DNA of 64,000 nucleotides, taken from the IMG/VR virus record IMGVR_UViG_3300021407_000013, positions 1 to 64,000 of that record; one strand, 5' to 3'. The stretch is from a virus. The position numbers and the translations under genes are program-made. The notes below the pieces were generated by a model. It made no database searches, had not been told where the DNA came from, and saw only the letters and a list, made by a program, of their open reading frames with translations. Each line of letters starts with the position of its first letter. Position 1 is the first letter of the stretch. Of the stretch, positions 29,814-38,052 are shown piece by piece.

Positions 29814-30116
29814 ATGAAAAAGAAAACCAAGAAAATAATCAAACTCAGAAAACTCATCCGCGAAACCATTAGTGAGTCTATGGACTACAACTTCCACGGC
29901 CCTAGAGGCGCCACTGGTCCGCAAGGTCCAATGGGTCCTCAAGGTCCGCCAGGCCCACCAAACACTTCAATTCATGGCCTAGCCGAAGAACTGGCATGGT
30001 TGAAGAATGAAGTAGCTCTGATGAAGTCAGAGATTGACGATCGCGCACCACGCCCATCCAAACGTAAAGTCAGGGAGTTTACACATGAAAATAAAGGACT
30101 ACCACCCAAAAACTGA
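29814..30116 (+). CDS. Protein with short collagen-like repeat
   Basis: GPRGATGPQGPMGPQGPPGPP. Confidence 0.55.
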   Translation: MKKKTKKIIKLRKLIRETISESMDYNFHGPRGATGPQGPMGPQGPPGPPNTSIHGLAEELAWLKNEVALMKSEIDDRAPRPSKRKVREFTHENKGLPPKN

Positions 30117-30300
30117 AGAAGAGGCCGTCGGTTGGTTGATGGAAGAATCATGCGAAGTGGTTCTCACTATAGGTCGCTGCATGAGGTTTGGAATTGAAAC
30201 TGTGCATGAGGGCCGCACCAATCGTCAGATTCTCCTCGATGAGATGAATGACCTTCGCAATGCCCTGTTTGAGGCTGAGACATGGATAGCGAGGAAGTGA
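30085..30300 (+). CDS. MazG-like NTP pyrophosphohydrolase-fold protein
   Basis: LMEESCEV...LDEMNDL (EExxE..ExxD). Confidence 0.5.
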   Translation: MKIKDYHPKTEEEAVGWLMEESCEVVLTIGRCMRFGIETVHEGRTNRQILLDEMNDLRNALFEAETWIARK

Positions 30301-30479
30301 TGACTAAGGAGCAAATCAAAATGACTAGTTGCGCCCAGTGCAAGAAAGAGTTCCAGCCTAAGACACCACAGCATAGGTTTTGTTCAATGGACTGTTCCAA
30401 ACGGTTCTATCGCCAACTACGAATGTTAAAGCGAGATGAAAGATGGCAGAAGATTAATGGATTGAATTTACGTGAATAA
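30300..30479 (+). CDS. Small Zn-finger protein
   Basis: CAQC.KEF...RFCS.DC; similar to 34072..34260. Confidence 0.55.
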   Translation: MTKEQIKMTSCAQCKKEFQPKTPQHRFCSMDCSKRFYRQLRMLKRDERWQKINGLNLRE

Positions 30480-30888
30480 TCTGTAGTAATGAGGGTGAGT
30501 GAATTTTTGAGGGATAAATTCTGACGGTCACCACCAAAGGTGGCCCTGAAACAGGTAAAACAGTAGACGGCCCCGACCTTTCGGCTGACCAGAAAACGCG
30601 CATAAACGACCGTACACGGGCGCGGACGCGCGGACGCATATTCCCTAGCGCGAATAGTCCGAGGGCAATGGGCCAGCCTCTAATGCGATTTAAACGCATA
30701 TCGCAAACGAGCGCATAGGCGACACATAGGCGACAAGCCTGTCAGTACATTACAAAAAATTAATGTTCGCAAACGTCGTTTGCGCTTGTATCGCACAAGC
30801 TAACGTGCTTTATAGGCGTTGCACCGCAAAACGCGGTGCGGGCGGCAGCTATGCGCTCCGGCCCTTTTCTAGCAAAAGGTCTAGTACA

Positions 30889-31383
30889 ATGCAAAACGAC
30901 AAGGTTAAGACTGCGGACGCTATCGCGCAAGTTAGCGCGGAAAACGCGGAATTGCGCGCTAGCGTTATTGCGCTCGTTAGTGCAATGCCTGCCGCTATCG
31001 CGGACGCCGTTAAGGCGGCAATCCCTGCCCCGACAACGCGCGCGCCTCGCACGGCTCGCGTTGCGGTGCAAATGTCCCCTGCGGACGCGGACGCCGCTAT
31101 GTGCGGTTTCGTTAAGAAAGGGCCGCGTCGCGATTTCTTTCTTGCGTTGCGCGGTCTCGCGGACGGCGTATATCCTTTGTCCGATTTCGCGGGCGTTTCG
31201 CTCGCGGACGCACAAGTTGTGTATCGTCGCCTTAGCGGCAATCGGACGGGCGGGCGCGTTACGGAAAGCTTTTTCGACCGATTAGGCTTTTCGCTCGCAA
31301 TCGACAACGAAACGCGCGGCAAGGCGGACGTTATCGTTACGCGCAAGGCGGACGAAAAGGCGGCTGACGAGGTCGTCGCCTAA
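30889..31383 (+). CDS. Hypothetical protein in compositionally anomalous (CpG-rich, TGR/YCA-free) DNA
   Basis: Start re-assigned to ATG 30889; own terminator downstream. Confidence 0.7.
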   Translation: MQNDKVKTADAIAQVSAENAELRASVIALVSAMPAAIADAVKAAIPAPTTRAPRTARVAVQMSPADADAAMCGFVKKGPRRDFFLALRGLADGVYPLSDFAGVSLADAQVVYRRLSGNRTGGRVTESFFDRLGFSLAIDNETRGKADVIVTRKADEKAADEVVA

Positions 31384-31391
31384 CGCGAAAC

Positions 31392-31421
31392 GGGCGGGCG
31401 CGCAAGCGCCCGCTCTTTTCT
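31392..31421 (+). terminator. Intrinsic terminator
   Basis: GGGCGGGCGC-GCAA-GCGCCCGCTC then TTTTCT. Confidence 0.75.
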
Positions 31422-31448
31422 TGCCCTCTAACTTCAGGACCAACAAAC

Positions 31449-31724
31449 ATGTCACGATCATTCTTCATAGGCGTCGCTGTGGTAGGCTCACTGATGGCGC
31501 ACCAAGTGGACCGAGCTCATGCTCAACTCACTCACATTCAACCGAGCGAACTGGTTGACGACTCAGTAGCTCAAGGCCATTTCAGGGAATGTTTGAGAAC
31601 CAGAAAGGACATTCACGGAAACGTGGACGCTTTTGGATGCAATCAGATACTCAAAACTGAGACCAGGAATCCCACCTGGAGTTGCTCCAACAATCTGTCC
31701 ATCCAGACCTGCGATCAGGACTAA
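31449..31724 (+). CDS. Small secreted protein
   Basis: Signal-peptide-like N-terminus ending AHA-Q; four Cys. Confidence 0.55.
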   Translation: MSRSFFIGVAVVGSLMAHQVDRAHAQLTHIQPSELVDDSVAQGHFRECLRTRKDIHGNVDAFGCNQILKTETRNPTWSCSNNLSIQTCDQD

Positions 31725-31727
31725 CTG

Positions 31728-31750
31728 ATGGGGCGCAAGCCCCATTTTTC
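31728..31750 (+). terminator. Intrinsic terminator
   Basis: ATGGGGC-GCAA-GCCCCAT then TTTT. Confidence 0.75.
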
Positions 31751-31769
31751 ATGCCCAGTTCGTTCAAAC

Positions 31770-32010
31770 CATGACTTGAGTTTGATGATGATGAGTCCAT
31801 GACTGTCAACCCATGATTTGAATTTGATTCAAAGATCATTCACCATGGTCATTTTCATCCATTGACTGGTGATATCATGAGTGTCATTGGCTGATGGCTG
31901 TGCACCAACGTAGATTGATGATGATGATTTCATGGTGACCATTGGCTGATGGGAGCGCCAAATCATGGTCTGAAAATGTCACCGACGTCGTCACTACCAT
32001 TGATCTACTG
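31770..32010. repeat. Non-coding degenerate TGA/TCA/TGG-rich repeat tract
   Basis: TTGATGATGATGA x2, CATTGGCTGATGG x2, CCATGAYTTGARTTTGAT x2. Confidence 0.7.
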
Positions 32011-32049
32011 AAATTCCGAAATTGACCAGAAGCGCCCCATACTATCCTA

Positions 32050-32215
32050 TTTGTCCTGTTTGTCTTATTTCAATAAAAATAAACAGGACACGAAAAGCGC
32101 AACGATTACAAGGGGTTACCACTGATTGTCCGGTTTGTCCGGTTTGTCCGTTTATTTTTCATACCTTTCGCGCGAAGCCTGATATACAGCTAACTGCCCC
32201 ACGCAAACAGGACTC
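32050..32215. repeat. Iteron-like TGTCC repeats, possible replication origin
   Basis: TGTCCGGTT-TGTCCGGTT-TGTCCGTT, TGTCCTGTT and inverted AACAGGAC copies downstream of helicase gene. Confidence 0.5.
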
Positions 32216-32298
32216 AATTGGTGAGCCCGAAAACCCTTATATCCCAGTAACTTACGCTCGTCTGTTAATGTAAAACATTAACCGTACAATTCTACTGA

Positions 32299-33855
32299 TC
32301 AGAAACGTACATGGCCACTCATGATACTGGTCTCTGTAAAAGTAGGATATTCCCACTCTTGGCTACCATTACCATAATCATATTCTGTTTTGATTCTAAA
32401 ATTCATCAATTCTCTACAGACTACCAATTTCGGAATAACATGCACATTCATTCGCTCGCTATTACCTGGGCTACCACTGGTATATTTATCACTACCAACA
32501 ATATTGAGTGGTCTACCATTTTTAGAATATTGTATCAAACCATTAACTACTAATGGCATCAATTCTTTAAATTGGATACCAAATTCACGCTCATTTAATT
32601 TATGTCTGAATTGGGCAGTAGCATTATAATCCATCAATAGTTTCTCCTTGATAACCAAATAGCCCTTGTCCTCGTAATATTTGACAAATGGTAATTTACC
32701 TGAACATAGAATATCAAACCACCATCGCTCTACACCAGCCATGGACGCTGTTTTTTGGTCAATTTGCGCCTCAGTAACGAGGGCAGTTCTGAGATTGACA
32801 TCAATTTTATAATTCAATAGATAATGCATGAGCGCTTCAAGACCGTCATTATTGAGCATTTCATATTCTAATGAATCAAAATACTCTTTCATATCTTTCT
32901 GGGCACTACTGACATTCAATACAAAGAACCTACGCTCATCATGAGATGCTGGTACTATCCAATCAGCATTACCTATAATGATAGATCTGATATAATTTAT
33001 GACACTGCGACCTGGCAAGTTCTTTGGATTGATAAATAGACTATCTCCAGTAATAATATGTTTCAATGTGGACTCATGGGCTTTATCACCAGCCCAAATG
33101 GCTTCTTCCAGACATAACAATATGACCTTCTCAAGATGATCATTATGATTGCCAAATATGCTATTCTTATTATCAATTGGGAGATATAATTTTGTCTTAC
33201 GCTCATTATTCTTTCCATTCATCAACCTGCCTAATATGAGGGCGAAATATGATTTGCCAATACCTTTGAGACCTTTCAACACAACTGATGTGCCGAGTTT
33301 ATTCCACGGCTCTTGTATTAACTGGGCGCACCAACACATAAGCCAATGATAATGGGTTTCGTTACCGCTGCATATGATATTCTTCACATAATCCAAAAAT
33401 AATACACATGAACCTTCTTTTGGATCAATTGCAAATCCTGGCCATGTATTATATACACCAGATCGCATTGTTTTGGAATCAAATTTATATTTGGGATCGA
33501 ATACTATTCCACGCTCATACGTGCGCCTCATGTGGTATTCCAACCACAATTTGCTTACTGGAAATGGCTTTGCATTTCCTTCATCATCTTTGGTAACAAT
33601 CTTAACATTTTCCAATGAATCTATAAAATCCTTCTTGGTCATTAAATAGTATTCACCATCTATCCTCTCATTTAGAATCATAAATTTGCCTAATACCAAT
33701 ATGATAGCGTAATGTTGATCTACCCAATCAATAGCTCCTTGTTTGGAATCTAATTTGGGCGCGCCATGACTGGTTGTTTGGCTCGTTTGAAATCTAGGAT
33801 CATCAACGATCTTTTTGATGCGTTCTGAATTTGGGAATAGGTCTTCATCAGCCAT
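32299..33855 (-). CDS. SF3 (D5/DUF5906-like) DNA helicase
   Basis: Walker A GLKGIGKS, Walker B LCLEEA, N..W.VP...DERRF. Confidence 0.85.
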   Translation of the reverse strand: MADEDLFPNSERIKKIVDDPRFQTSQTTSHGAPKLDSKQGAIDWVDQHYAIILVLGKFMILNERIDGEYYLMTKKDFIDSLENVKIVTKDDEGNAKPFPVSKLWLEYHMRRTYERGIVFDPKYKFDSKTMRSGVYNTWPGFAIDPKEGSCVLFLDYVKNIICSGNETHYHWLMCWCAQLIQEPWNKLGTSVVLKGLKGIGKSYFALILGRLMNGKNNERKTKLYLPIDNKNSIFGNHNDHLEKVILLCLEEAIWAGDKAHESTLKHIITGDSLFINPKNLPGRSVINYIRSIIIGNADWIVPASHDERRFFVLNVSSAQKDMKEYFDSLEYEMLNNDGLEALMHYLLNYKIDVNLRTALVTEAQIDQKTASMAGVERWWFDILCSGKLPFVKYYEDKGYLVIKEKLLMDYNATAQFRHKLNEREFGIQFKELMPLVVNGLIQYSKNGRPLNIVGSDKYTSGSPGNSERMNVHVIPKLVVCRELMNFRIKTEYDYGNGSQEWEYPTFTETSIMSGHVRF

Positions 33856-33876
33856 GGTGCGCCCGCCCATACGTGA

Positions 33877-34056
33877 TTAGTTATTGGTTATATTAACTTT
33901 CACATTCTTAAGTTTTTCTCTCAAATCATCTTTTGTTATTATTTTATTATGCTTCATATCAATAACACATTCTTTGCCTTTGATAATAACAGTGGCGTAA
34001 CGCTCATTCATCCATTCCATAGCTTCTTTTTGTGATTTGAAGATGATATCTGGCAT
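33877..34056 (-). CDS. 59-aa stand-alone paralog of the helicase N-terminal region (not in ORF track)
   Basis: SD GGGAGG; MPDIIFKSQKEAMEWMNERYATVIIKGK...TKDDLREKLKNVKV. Confidence 0.65.
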   Translation of the reverse strand: MPDIIFKSQKEAMEWMNERYATVIIKGKECVIDMKHNKIITKDDLREKLKNVKVNITNN

Positions 34057-34071
34057 TGCTACCTCCCATTA

Positions 34072-34260
34072 TTATGCTGCGAATAGGTCACGCTTCTTGG
34101 GCGCCTCAGCCTCTTTTTTAGCTTTTTTGGCCTTCCAATAGAAGCGCCCTCTGCATGGATCTGAACAAAATCTTTGTGTTGGTTGAACTTTAACAAATTC
34201 AGTGCCACAATAGGCACATTTAACGATGAATTTGCTCATATCTAAATCTGACATCATCAC
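34072..34260 (-). CDS. Small Zn-finger protein
   Basis: CAYC..EF...RFCS..C; SD GGAGG. Confidence 0.6.
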   Translation of the reverse strand: MMMSDLDMSKFIVKCAYCGTEFVKVQPTQRFCSDPCRGRFYWKAKKAKKEAEAPKKRDLFAA

Positions 34261-34281
34261 CTCCTGCTACCGGGAACGGAC

Positions 34282-34310
34282 AGAATAGCGCAATTCGCGA
34301 CGTTAGGCAA
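34282..34310 (-). promoter_or_regulatory. Phage promoter
   Basis: TTGCCT-N13-GCGC-TATTCT. Confidence 0.6.
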
Positions 34311-34386
34311 GAAGAATCGTATTTACGTCTTAATTATGTTGATTATCAGCCTTAATTTCGCCGCAATTCTCAGATATAATATTGAT

Positions 34387-34677
34387 ATGTCCGAAGATTC
34401 ACCCGAGACAGCCAGACAGCGCGCCACAAGGATCTGGCGGAATGCGTGGATTCAAGGCCGTACTGAGACTCAAGATCAGGAAGAAGAATTAGCCAAAGTA
34501 ATTGAGCAAGAGAGGTTACTCAATCAGGGGCGGACTGCTCTCATTAGAGCTATTACAAAGGTGATATCTGAGCAGAGGCACTCATTCAATTTGGTACATT
34601 ATAAGTCAATGATTAGTAGGCGGAAGCGGAAATTATTGGAAGAGAAATTGAGGCGGTTGGAGGCTGAGAATGACTAA
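34387..34677 (+). CDS. Hypothetical protein
   Basis: Downstream of TTAATT-N17-TATAAT; start re-assigned. Confidence 0.5.
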   Translation: MSEDSPETARQRATRIWRNAWIQGRTETQDQEEELAKVIEQERLLNQGRTALIRAITKVISEQRHSFNLVHYKSMISRRKRKLLEEKLRRLEAEND

Positions 34678-35314
34678 TCCAATACATGACATAGATCCAG
34701 AACCTACTGTCATGTGGGAAGAGGACTATGAACGCCTCAAGAAACGACAGAAAATGGACGCTGCAATTGAGCGCTCCAATAAGGAGAAAGCTGACGCTAT
34801 TGCTCGTGAATTATATAAAGAGCAATTGAAGATCAAAGATAAGATTGAATATACAGAAGAGTTGGCGACAGAGATTTGTGAGAGGATCAGTGCTGGTGAG
34901 CTATTGATCAACATATGTCGTGATTCACATATGCCAACCGTGCGCCGCTGTTCAGCATGGCTCAAATCTGAAGCTGATTTCCAAGCACTCTATAATATGG
35001 CTATTGCAGATAGATTGACTATATTTGAAGAGGAAGTGATCTCAATTGCTGATGATGCAGCACGTGATATGAAAGAAATACAGAAATCTGGGAAAACGAT
35101 TAGAGTTCAAGATGCTGAGGTCATTGCGCGAGCGAAGCTCAGAGTTGAGGTGCGCTTCAGGCATTTGAAAGCTGGGCGACCTGGTAAATGGGGTGATAGC
35201 ACCACTCTCATCACTAAATCAGAAGATGAAAATATTGCTGAGATGCCATTGTCTGAGCTGGAAAAGAAGATTGCTGAACTTGAACACAAGGATCGGGTGG
35301 TCAAGGCAGTGTGA
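34670..35314 (+). CDS. Terminase small subunit-like protein
   Basis: YTEELATEICERISAGE.L..IC...HMP....W...F...Y HTH pattern and RAKLRV..R of Sf6/P22-like TerS. Confidence 0.7.
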   Translation: MTNPIHDIDPEPTVMWEEDYERLKKRQKMDAAIERSNKEKADAIARELYKEQLKIKDKIEYTEELATEICERISAGELLINICRDSHMPTVRRCSAWLKSEADFQALYNMAIADRLTIFEEEVISIADDAARDMKEIQKSGKTIRVQDAEVIARAKLRVEVRFRHLKAGRPGKWGDSTTLITKSEDENIAEMPLSELEKKIAELEHKDRVVKAV

Positions 35315-35340
35315 TGGGGGCGCCACAAGCGCCCCCTGTT
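35315..35340. terminator. Hairpin between convergent genes
   Basis: GGGGGCGC-CACAA-GCGCCCCC. Confidence 0.55.
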
Positions 35341-35341
35341 A

Positions 35342-35581
35342 TTATAGTGATTTTGCCTTTTCAACAAAATCTGATAGTAATTTTTTGCCAGATATATCTT
35401 CTTTGATATAATTCTCCTTTAGCTCTTGGAGAATATCAGATGCCCATTTGAGATGTCTCTCTGCATTATTCAATGCAGCTACATCTAATGGTTCTGATTT
35501 TGAAAATCTAAGAGCATTTCTCAGATTTTCCCTTAGTTCAGTAGTATAATATTGAGTATCACGCACTGTTTTGGTTGCCAT
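35342..35581 (-). CDS. Hypothetical protein
   Basis: SD GGAG. Confidence 0.55.
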   Translation of the reverse strand: MATKTVRDTQYYTTELRENLRNALRFSKSEPLDVAALNNAERHLKWASDILQELKENYIKEDISGKKLLSDFVEKAKSL

Positions 35582-35635
35582 ATTATTCTCCGTTCATTTG
35601 GCAAAATTGCCTATCAAATGAATTGAGTATCATGG

Positions 35636-35656
35636 TGTTACACTTGTACACTTTTT
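35636..35656. repeat. 21-bp inverted repeat, left copy
   Basis: TGTTACACTTGTACACTTTTT. Confidence 0.85.
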
Positions 35657-35668
35657 CGGTCGATTTTC

Positions 35669-36670
35669 TTATGCATATCTCTCCCACATCTCAGCAAAGT
35701 CTTCTTTAAAATACCATCTTGCTAATTTTCCTTCGTGTCTTTGAACTCTATTCTCGATCTCAAAATCTCTGAGTATTCGAGCAAGTTTGCCTGTTGACAA
35801 TTTATAGTCTGACCAATTTACATCGCTAAAATCTGAATTTATCAAAAACTCTACTAATTGATTATTGGTAATTGCGTCTTTCTTGCTATTGGTGAATATC
35901 TCTTGAACATCAGATAGCAACGACTCTCTGACATCTGGAATAACTCTTTCTTTATAGAAATCAGCCATTGCCTCATATGCAGTCTTCGCACGATCTACGG
36001 CATGGCCTATCGCAATGAGTGGGCGCCACTTGTCTGCGTAGCGCCCTATAATTTGTGGAGGCATTAATGGATTTGGATTGAGATTTACACCTTCTGCCCA
36101 TCGCGCAACCTCTGCGTGATAAAAAGCCTCTCTTGGATTAAATATCTCCATTTGTTTATTTGAGCGATGCATTTTAACCATTATGGATCTACTCATAAGC
36201 GATACTGGTAAATGGCCTATACTTGCAAGAGCGAGTGGGCCATATACAGGAGTTAATATGACTTCTTTACCTATTTTCCTGGGTACACTTCCTCCAATTT
36301 CGTGTCCTGCATTTAGAATGGCTTTCATACTTCTTACTATGGACATATTATCTACTTCATCAATTAGCAATGTATGACTATTAGCTAGAGCAAATGCAGT
36401 AGCTGGAGTTGGATCTATTACTTTCTCTGGGCGCCACACAATTGAGTTTAAAATATTGAGTACAGAACTTTTACCGCAGTTTGGTAATGGGCTGAAAATT
36501 AGCAGTCTAGGTGATTTATCATATCTTCTATGTATGTGGGTATGTAGCGCCCAGAGACCTAGACCTACAATATGATGTGGTTTTGCGTCTATACATCTGG
36601 CAAAAGCACCGCATACTTGGTCAAGAATGTTAGTATCAGCGTGCAATTTGGTTGATGATAACGTGGGCAT
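35669..36670 (-). CDS. DUF3631-like P-loop replication protein
   Basis: PRL.I.SP.PNCGKS, TLLIDEVD, ILNAGH, R.AD.WRPLIAI, LARILRDF.I. Confidence 0.75.
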   Translation of the reverse strand: MPTLSSTKLHADTNILDQVCGAFARCIDAKPHHIVGLGLWALHTHIHRRYDKSPRLLIFSPLPNCGKSSVLNILNSIVWRPEKVIDPTPATAFALANSHTLLIDEVDNMSIVRSMKAILNAGHEIGGSVPRKIGKEVILTPVYGPLALASIGHLPVSLMSRSIMVKMHRSNKQMEIFNPREAFYHAEVARWAEGVNLNPNPLMPPQIIGRYADKWRPLIAIGHAVDRAKTAYEAMADFYKERVIPDVRESLLSDVQEIFTNSKKDAITNNQLVEFLINSDFSDVNWSDYKLSTGKLARILRDFEIENRVQRHEGKLARWYFKEDFAEMWERYA

Positions 36671-36688
36671 TAGCCTTCTCCTTGTCGA

Positions 36689-36709
36689 AAAAAGTGTACA
36701 AGTGTAACA
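36689..36709. repeat. 21-bp inverted repeat, right copy
   Basis: AAAAAGTGTACAAGTGTAACA. Confidence 0.85.
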
Positions 36710-36725
36710 TTCATCTTTCTTCTCC

Positions 36726-36959
36726 TCAATTCATTCGTTTCTGCATGTATAATGAAGCTTCTTCCTTGGTTAAATCTTGCGCTACTATTCCAACCAAAGG
36801 TTTATTTTCTTCAGCTATATCTTTTGCAAGAACTTCAATTGCTTTTTCTCCCATATGCATATTGAAATGCAAGCCTTCTTCAATTTCTCCTTCTCTCATA
36901 CCTGTAAATACAGGTGTACCATTATATCGTAGTACCTCGTAAATAAACCATTTGGACAT
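36726..36959 (-). CDS. Hypothetical protein downstream of hammerhead HH6
   Basis: SD AGGAGA. Confidence 0.6.
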   Translation of the reverse strand: MSKWFIYEVLRYNGTPVFTGMREGEIEEGLHFNMHMGEKAIEVLAKDIAEENKPLVGIVAQDLTKEEASLYMQKRMN

Positions 36960-36974
36960 TTTTCTCTCCTAGTT

Positions 36975-37045
36975 GATCTCGTCAGGTAGTGTATTACACT
37001 ACTATTATCAGCTCATAATTATAGCGTAAGCTGATAATTTCGATC
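36975..37045 (-). ncRNA. Type II hammerhead ribozyme HH6 (AUA; predicted cut between 37003 and 37002)
   Basis: GAUC-GAAA-UUAUCAGCU..AGCUGAUAA-UA/GUAGUG-UAAUA-CACUAC-CUGACGA-GAUC. Confidence 0.9.
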
Positions 37046-37049
37046 TCAG

Positions 37050-37155
37050 GAAACGACGCAACCATTTTGGTAGTTACTTAACCGCATGGCATTCTTCTAA
37101 TACCAGGTTTGTGTCGCTTTTCGTCGAAATGACTGCGCCCGAGTTTTCTCTCGGG
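37050..37155 (-). ncRNA. Conserved structured leader RNA, copy A (unknown class)
   Basis: Homologous to 37805..37957 with covarying stems. Confidence 0.7.
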
Positions 37156-37176
37156 TGAAATTCCTGCTTACAACCT

Positions 37177-37205
37177 ATAGTAGCACATTTTCGTTGCCAA
37201 AGCAA
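37177..37205 (-). promoter_or_regulatory. Phage early promoter (leftward)
   Basis: TTGCTT-N13-GTGC-TACTAT. Confidence 0.7.
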
Positions 37206-37279
37206 GTCTTTTTTATTATTGAATGAGATGATACGTTGAAACCCTTGCAGCACTGGGTGGCGCTGCAAGGGGATTATGG

Positions 37280-37573
37280 TTAGTTGGTCATACCCGGCTG
37301 TTCGCGCCGTTCCATATTGTAGTATGCCTTGAGAGAGCTATATGGAGACCTGTTAAGTTCCTTGATCAAATAACGATCCGAGGCGTCTTGACTTTCTAGC
37401 ATCATGCGCTCGCCTCTGGCAGATTGCTCTTCTCTGATAAGCTCGATCTTTCTATGAAAACGTGATGCAATGCGCTCCCGAGCTTGAGCAATCTCGTCTA
37501 TTCTATAGTTGATGTCGTTGACTTTATCGTAATTTTCTGTCTTGACCATATCTAACTCCTTCTGTATGGGCAC
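37280..37573 (-). CDS. Hypothetical protein
   Basis: Downstream of promoter 37589..37617; probable start at internal ATG with SD AGGAG. Confidence 0.55.
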   Translation of the reverse strand: MPIQKELDMVKTENYDKVNDINYRIDEIAQARERIASRFHRKIELIREEQSARGERMMLESQDASDRYLIKELNRSPYSSLKAYYNMERREQPGMTN

Positions 37574-37588
37574 TCGCCCTTACCTGCT

Positions 37589-37617
37589 ACCCTAGCACTT
37601 TTTCCGAAAGAAAGCAA
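37589..37617 (-). promoter_or_regulatory. Phage promoter (leftward)
   Basis: TTGCTT-N13-GTGC-TAGGGT. Confidence 0.65.
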
Positions 37618-37768
37618 GCATTTTCTTTTTATCAAAATCACCATTCCTCATTCATTGGCTGAATAATGGCTGATGAAATCATTTCATTCAACATTTGAAG
37701 CTTCATGGGTCAGTGATAATCATGGTATTTTCCCCTTTTGTTCCCTTAAAGTTCTGCTTTTGTTCCCC

Positions 37769-37797
37769 TTGCTTTCTTTTCCGGGACGTGCTACGGT
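37769..37797 (+). promoter_or_regulatory. Phage early promoter (rightward)
   Basis: TTGCTT-N13-GTGC-TACGGT. Confidence 0.7.
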
Positions 37798-37804
37798 TTT
37801 CTTT

Positions 37805-37957
37805 CCGCGGAGGAAACCGCGGCGCAGCCTGAGACTTGGCGAAAAGCGAAACAAACCCGGCAAGATGACTCGCCGAGCGGTTAAGTAAGTGGTTAGGCAG
37901 TCTCTCCCCAAAGGGCAATAAGCACCAGGGAGAAAAACCGGCCATTTGCGTCGTTTC
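37805..37957 (+). ncRNA. Conserved structured leader RNA, copy B (unknown class)
   Basis: Shares CGCAG, CGAAAAGCGA.ACAAACC, GCGGTTAAGTAA, TTGCGTCGTTTC with copy A. Confidence 0.7.
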
Positions 37958-38052
37958 GGCGGACGGAAATATCCGCCTGAGATAACAACACAGAGCACAG
38001 CGCCCTGAGAAGGGTGCTGTGTTCGCTGGAGTTATTTCTAGCAAGGAAAAGT

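Noticed and set aside
30786-30814. Promoter-like TTGTAT-N13-GTGCTTTATA upstream of gene 30889
   Set aside because: Spacing fits the phage promoter family but the -10 element is too weak to list as a feature.
31364-31420. CTGACGA...GAAAC resembling a seventh hammerhead
   Set aside because: No convincing stem II or stem I and no paired NUH site; the hairpin plus T-run is a terminator.
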